Positions 1 through 64,000 of a stretch of 64,000 nucleotides of DNA are shown in pieces. Each line of letters starts with the position of its first letter. The first letter of the stretch is position 1. Made by a program: the position numbers and the translations under genes. The stretch comes from Callorhinchus milii (lineage: Eukaryota). Where the stretch lies: NCBI RefSeq assembly GCF_018977255.1, contig NW_024704742.1:32428001-32492000 (forward strand), written 5' to 3'. The notes beneath the pieces were generated by a model. It was given only the letters and a program-made list of their open reading frames with translations. It did no database searches and was not told the DNA's origin.

Positions 1-111
1 GATGATGCGTTTTCAAGTAACAGCTGTCATCAAATGTTCTGAACCATTCCTTCTGTGTTGGTAAATCATAATGTGCCATCCCCATCGTTTTATGCTTATT
101 TTTATGTATAG

Positions 112-29836
<29,725 letters not shown>

Positions 29837-30453
29837 CTAGGATTCAGAAGCAGAGCATTTCCTTTCTTTCCAATGCAAGTTTCATCATTTGGTTTTCGAA
29901 GGCTGAATTATTTAGTAATTGAAAAGATAGTATGATCGCCAAGTTTGAAATGTTAGAGTGAACCTCCTTTTTTAAAAGGAAATCGATGAAATATGGTTTG
30001 CAATACCAGCACAATATAATTTAAGTACCATATTCTTGAATTCCATCAATCTATCATTTTAAAAACATTACAATGATTTGCGAGTACCTGTGTCACTGTA
30101 AATTCTGATGTCGAAACCATTTCATTTTGAATCTCTACGTTTCCATTGCTTAGTTTATCATTAGTTGTGTGTGAAAACATAAATTTTCTCTTTACAAACT
30201 CGATCCTTTCTGCGTAGACTAAATGATCTGACAATGACCTAAATGACTGAGGAATTTGTAAATTCTATTGCAATCTTTCCAAAGGAAAACATAAGTACAG
30301 TATTCCTCAGCACCGAAGTGATTGCACTCGCTGGTCCTTCCAAATGCTATGAAGAATCTCTGGTTTGCATTTTCTATGAACTTCCACATCAGATTTTACA
30401 GAATTCACTTTCTGACATTTTAAGAGCATGCTATTTTCTTTTTAAAATATAAC

Positions 30454-30784
30454 AATAAAGTGCAGGCTTTTTGTATTGACAAACAGTTTATGAAAACTTT
30501 CAAAGTTTCAGAAAAGTACCTTTTGTCATTGCAATAATACCTATTCTAGAAAGGAACTAAGGACATTTAGAGTTCAACTGACTGCATGTGTAGCACTTTT
30601 TCTTATAAAGTTATGTGGACTTGTAAATATAACAATTACATTTTTATCATTATTGATGCTTCACATTTTATTAAAATGGATACTTGTTAAACTGTCTGAC
30701 TTATTATTTCAACATATTCCTGCAAATTATTAGTACGGCTCATGAAAATATCTATTTATTATATTCTTAATTTGCTGAAATAAA
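30454..30784 (+). terminator. candidate ACTN2 polyadenylation signals
   Basis: AATAAA at 30454-30459 and 30779-30784, and ATTAAA at 30670-30675, in AT-rich sequence after the stop; which one is used is unknown. Confidence 0.45.
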
Positions 30785-31337
30785 GACCATTGAATAGCCA
30801 TATGTTGAGTGGAAAACTATTTTATCAGCAGCCATAGAAATATAATGATAAGGTCCTATATCAAATGCAAGGAATATTTTATTTATACAGAGAGAGAAAA
30901 TGGTGTACACAAGTCAGAATTCAAAGCGTCTTCCCCCTTCCCATTTTTTCTGTCCATCTTAGCCAATGTTTTGTTTGCTTCCCCTCCCCACCAATCATCT
31001 AATTATTCTTCAAGTAAAACCAGAAAATATTAGAAATTCAGGCCAATATATTTCTGTGACCTCTTCAAACCATACTGACCCAAAGGATGACTTCACATTA
31101 TGGTCTTTCATCCATTACAATAAATCAATGTCAATAAATCAATTCCCTTAAGTTTCCCTTGGGACGTCCTCCTGACGTGAAAGGCGCTTTATAAATGGAA
31201 TCTTGTTGTTGTTGTTGTTAGTTTGCTTGGAAAGCTTGTTTGGGAATTGAACCTTCATACCAAATAAACTTTACATCAGAGGTTGTCTGCTCCTCAGTAT
31301 TAAAAATGACTTAAAAAATCGACTGCAAATATTAAAT

Positions 31338-31586
31338 GGTTCAATTCCCGGCAGGGTGAAACCTTGGGCAAGTTTCCTTACTCCACACACCTGATAATAA
31401 TCCCTCAAGAAAAAAAAATTGGTTACTTCAATCCACGACTGTTTGTGGGACACTGCTGTGCGCAATTGGCTGCCGCGTTTCGCCCCAAATATACACTCAA
31501 TTCACGTTACAGTATATTCTGTGAAGCGCTTTGAGACGTCGAGAAGACGTGAAAAGCGCTTATCAAATGCAAGGATTATTATTATT
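31338..31586 (+). mobile_element. tRNA-derived SINE, 5'-truncated
   Basis: matches 16835-17100. Confidence 0.85.
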
Positions 31587-31729
31587 CACGTGGCAGGCGC
31601 CAGCCTGCTCTGTATCCCATGCCCATCGCTATGCTGAAGTGTCCAAACCAGATGGTGAGTCCTATATATGCATGGCATGTAACCGTGGAAAATTCCCTAC
31701 CTATAGATTTTGCCCCACAGCAAATCTCT

Positions 31730-32520
31730 ACCACCTTCCTCGGGTGGGGGGGGGGGGTGGTCACCTTGGGGCTGAATTGGCTCCAAGGTGACCTGCCTGA
31801 CAACAGAACGTCTGACCCCCGCCAGCCCTCTGTGGCGGTCTGGACCCCGCCAGCCCTCTGTGGCGGTCTGACCCCGCCAGCCCTCTGTGGCGTCTGAACC
31901 CCGCCAGCCCTCTGTGGCGGTCTGACCCCGCCAGCCCTCTGTGGCGGTCTGGACCCGCCAGCCCTCTGTGGCGGTCTGGACCCGCCAGCCCTCTGTGGCG
32001 GTCTGGACCCCGCCAGCCCTCTGTGGCGGTCTGGACCCCGCCAGCCCTCTGTGGCGGTCTGGACCCCGCCAGCCTCTGTGGCGGTCTGGACCCCGCCAGC
32101 CCTCTGTGGCGGTCTGGACCCCGCCAGCCCTCTGTGGCGGTCTGGACCCCGCCAGCCCTCTGTGGCGGTCTGGACCCGCCAGCCCTCTGTGGCGGTCTGG
32201 ACCCCGCCAGCCCTCTGTGGCGGTCTGACCCCCGCCAGCCCTCTGTGGCGGTCTGACCCCTGACCCCCGCCAGCCCTCTGTGGCGGTCTGACCCCTGACC
32301 CCCGCCAGCCTGGCTCGGCAGCGGGACCGGGAAGGGCAGACCCTTCACTGGGGGGGGGGGGGGGGGCAGGGAGTCATCCCACTCCGCTCCCGTTAACCCT
32401 GCAGCCGAAGCCCGGACAGAGAGGGGGTCCCAGCCGGACATGCAGCCGGAGAGCGCCGGACAGCCACGTGGACGGCTAAGCTGTGGGGTCCTCTCTCTCT
32501 GGGATTCCCGGGTGTAGACG
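31730..32520 (+). mobile_element. 3' fragment of the same LINE family as 2110-3930, upstream of MTR
   Basis: Aligned by eye to 3415-3930, e.g. GCTGAATTGGCTCCAAGGTGAC vs GCTGAACTGGCTCCAAAGTGAC, and shared GGGGGCAGGGAGTCATCCCACTC. Confidence 0.85.
31812..32310. repeat. GC-rich minisatellite, ~28 bp unit, ~17-18 copies
   Basis: tandem CCCCGCCAGCCCTCTGTGGCGGTCTGGA with small indels. Confidence 0.95.
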
Positions 32521-32781
32521 GAACGCTCGGCCACAGCATCCGGGCCGCCACTGAGCGGGTCACACGCGCCTGCGCACTGGTATCTGCGTGTGTGTGTGTG
32601 TGTGGACTGGCGCTTGCGCACTCGAGGCCGCATGGGCAGAGTCCGGCACCTGCGCACTGGAGTCTGTTGGTGGGGCGGGGACAGCGCCTGCGCACTGCGG
32701 AGTGTGCGGGTGGCCGGGCTGGCGTGTAGCGGCTGCCGCGCGGCGCGTGAGTCACTGTCCCTCTTGCACACAGCGGCCCGA

Positions 32782-63346
<30,565 letters not shown>

Positions 63347-63454
63347 GTAAGCTCTCGTGTGCAGAATGGTGGTATAAATTCCACGAGTCTACATTTACTG
63401 TATTAATACAGTATTCAGTTTTAACTGTGAAACCTGTTTTATTAATAATAATCC

Positions 63455-63840
63455 TTACATTTGTATTGTCCTTTTATGTTGGGAGGACCGCATAAAAGGC
63501 CTGGGTTGGCAGATAAACTGGGGGTGGGAGCCAAGAGGAGCGGTCAGAAAGGCATGTCGTGAGGTGGGGGGTGGGGGGGATTTGAAGGGATGCCGGAATG
63601 GAATTCCAGAGATGGGGTCAGAGAGGGTGAAATCCCGATTGCCAGTGGTGAGGTGGGTAGACCGAGGGACACAAAACAGGTCTGTGCCTTTTAAACATAG
63701 GGAGTGGCCAGATTTGCAGGGTTTGAGAGGGAGAATGGGGTGTGACTGGAGTGATTTGAAGGTGAGGACGAGGATCTTAACCATGATTTGCTGGGAGATA
63801 GGAAGCTACTGAACGAGGTGAGGGTGGGGTGATAGGCTCA
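63455..63840 (-). mobile_element. L2 3' fragment
   Basis: minus-strand KILVLTFK, similar to 12600-13050. Confidence 0.75.
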
Positions 63841-64000
63841 TGGAGGGAAACTGTGTTTGGTGGTCGTTTTCTGTAGTTCTTAAAGAAAACTTACAGAAAA
63901 GCAGCTTTAAAATTAAAGATTGTCACCAACTTTACAACAACAAAATTACATTTGTAAAGCGCCTTCCACGTCGGGAGGACGTCCCAAGGCGCTGGACAGA

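Overview
Vertebrate genomic DNA, probably a cartilaginous fish (inferred from the CR1/L2/DeuSINE-like repeat landscape). It carries two intron-split genes on the + strand. The first is alpha-actinin-2 (ACTN2) from exon 3 to the stop codon (112-29836). The second is methionine synthase (MTR) from the ATG at 32782 through exon 24 (63346), continuing past the window. The ACTN2-MTR order matches known vertebrate synteny. I delimited exons by hand from AG/GT boundaries and continuous reading frame. Main observations: (1) ACTN2 has three pairs of duplicated, apparently mutually exclusive exons: exon 6, exon 8, and a Ca2+-loop 'non-muscle' plus a 'muscle' exon 19. RBFOX/QKI motifs sit where a tissue switch would need them. 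(2) The MTR upstream region is built on a CpG-preserved fragment of the same LINE family that lies decayed in ACTN2 intron 5, and a minisatellite has expanded inside it. (3) A 3.4 kb minisatellite just after MTR exon 1 repeats the PBX-MEIS/PREP decamer about 125 times. (4) A 228 bp near-perfect inverted duplication brackets in-frame MTR exon 18. (5) There is also a decayed 28S rRNA fragment, a MITE family and many SINE/LINE copies. No database searches were run, so family names and all novelty claims need checking.
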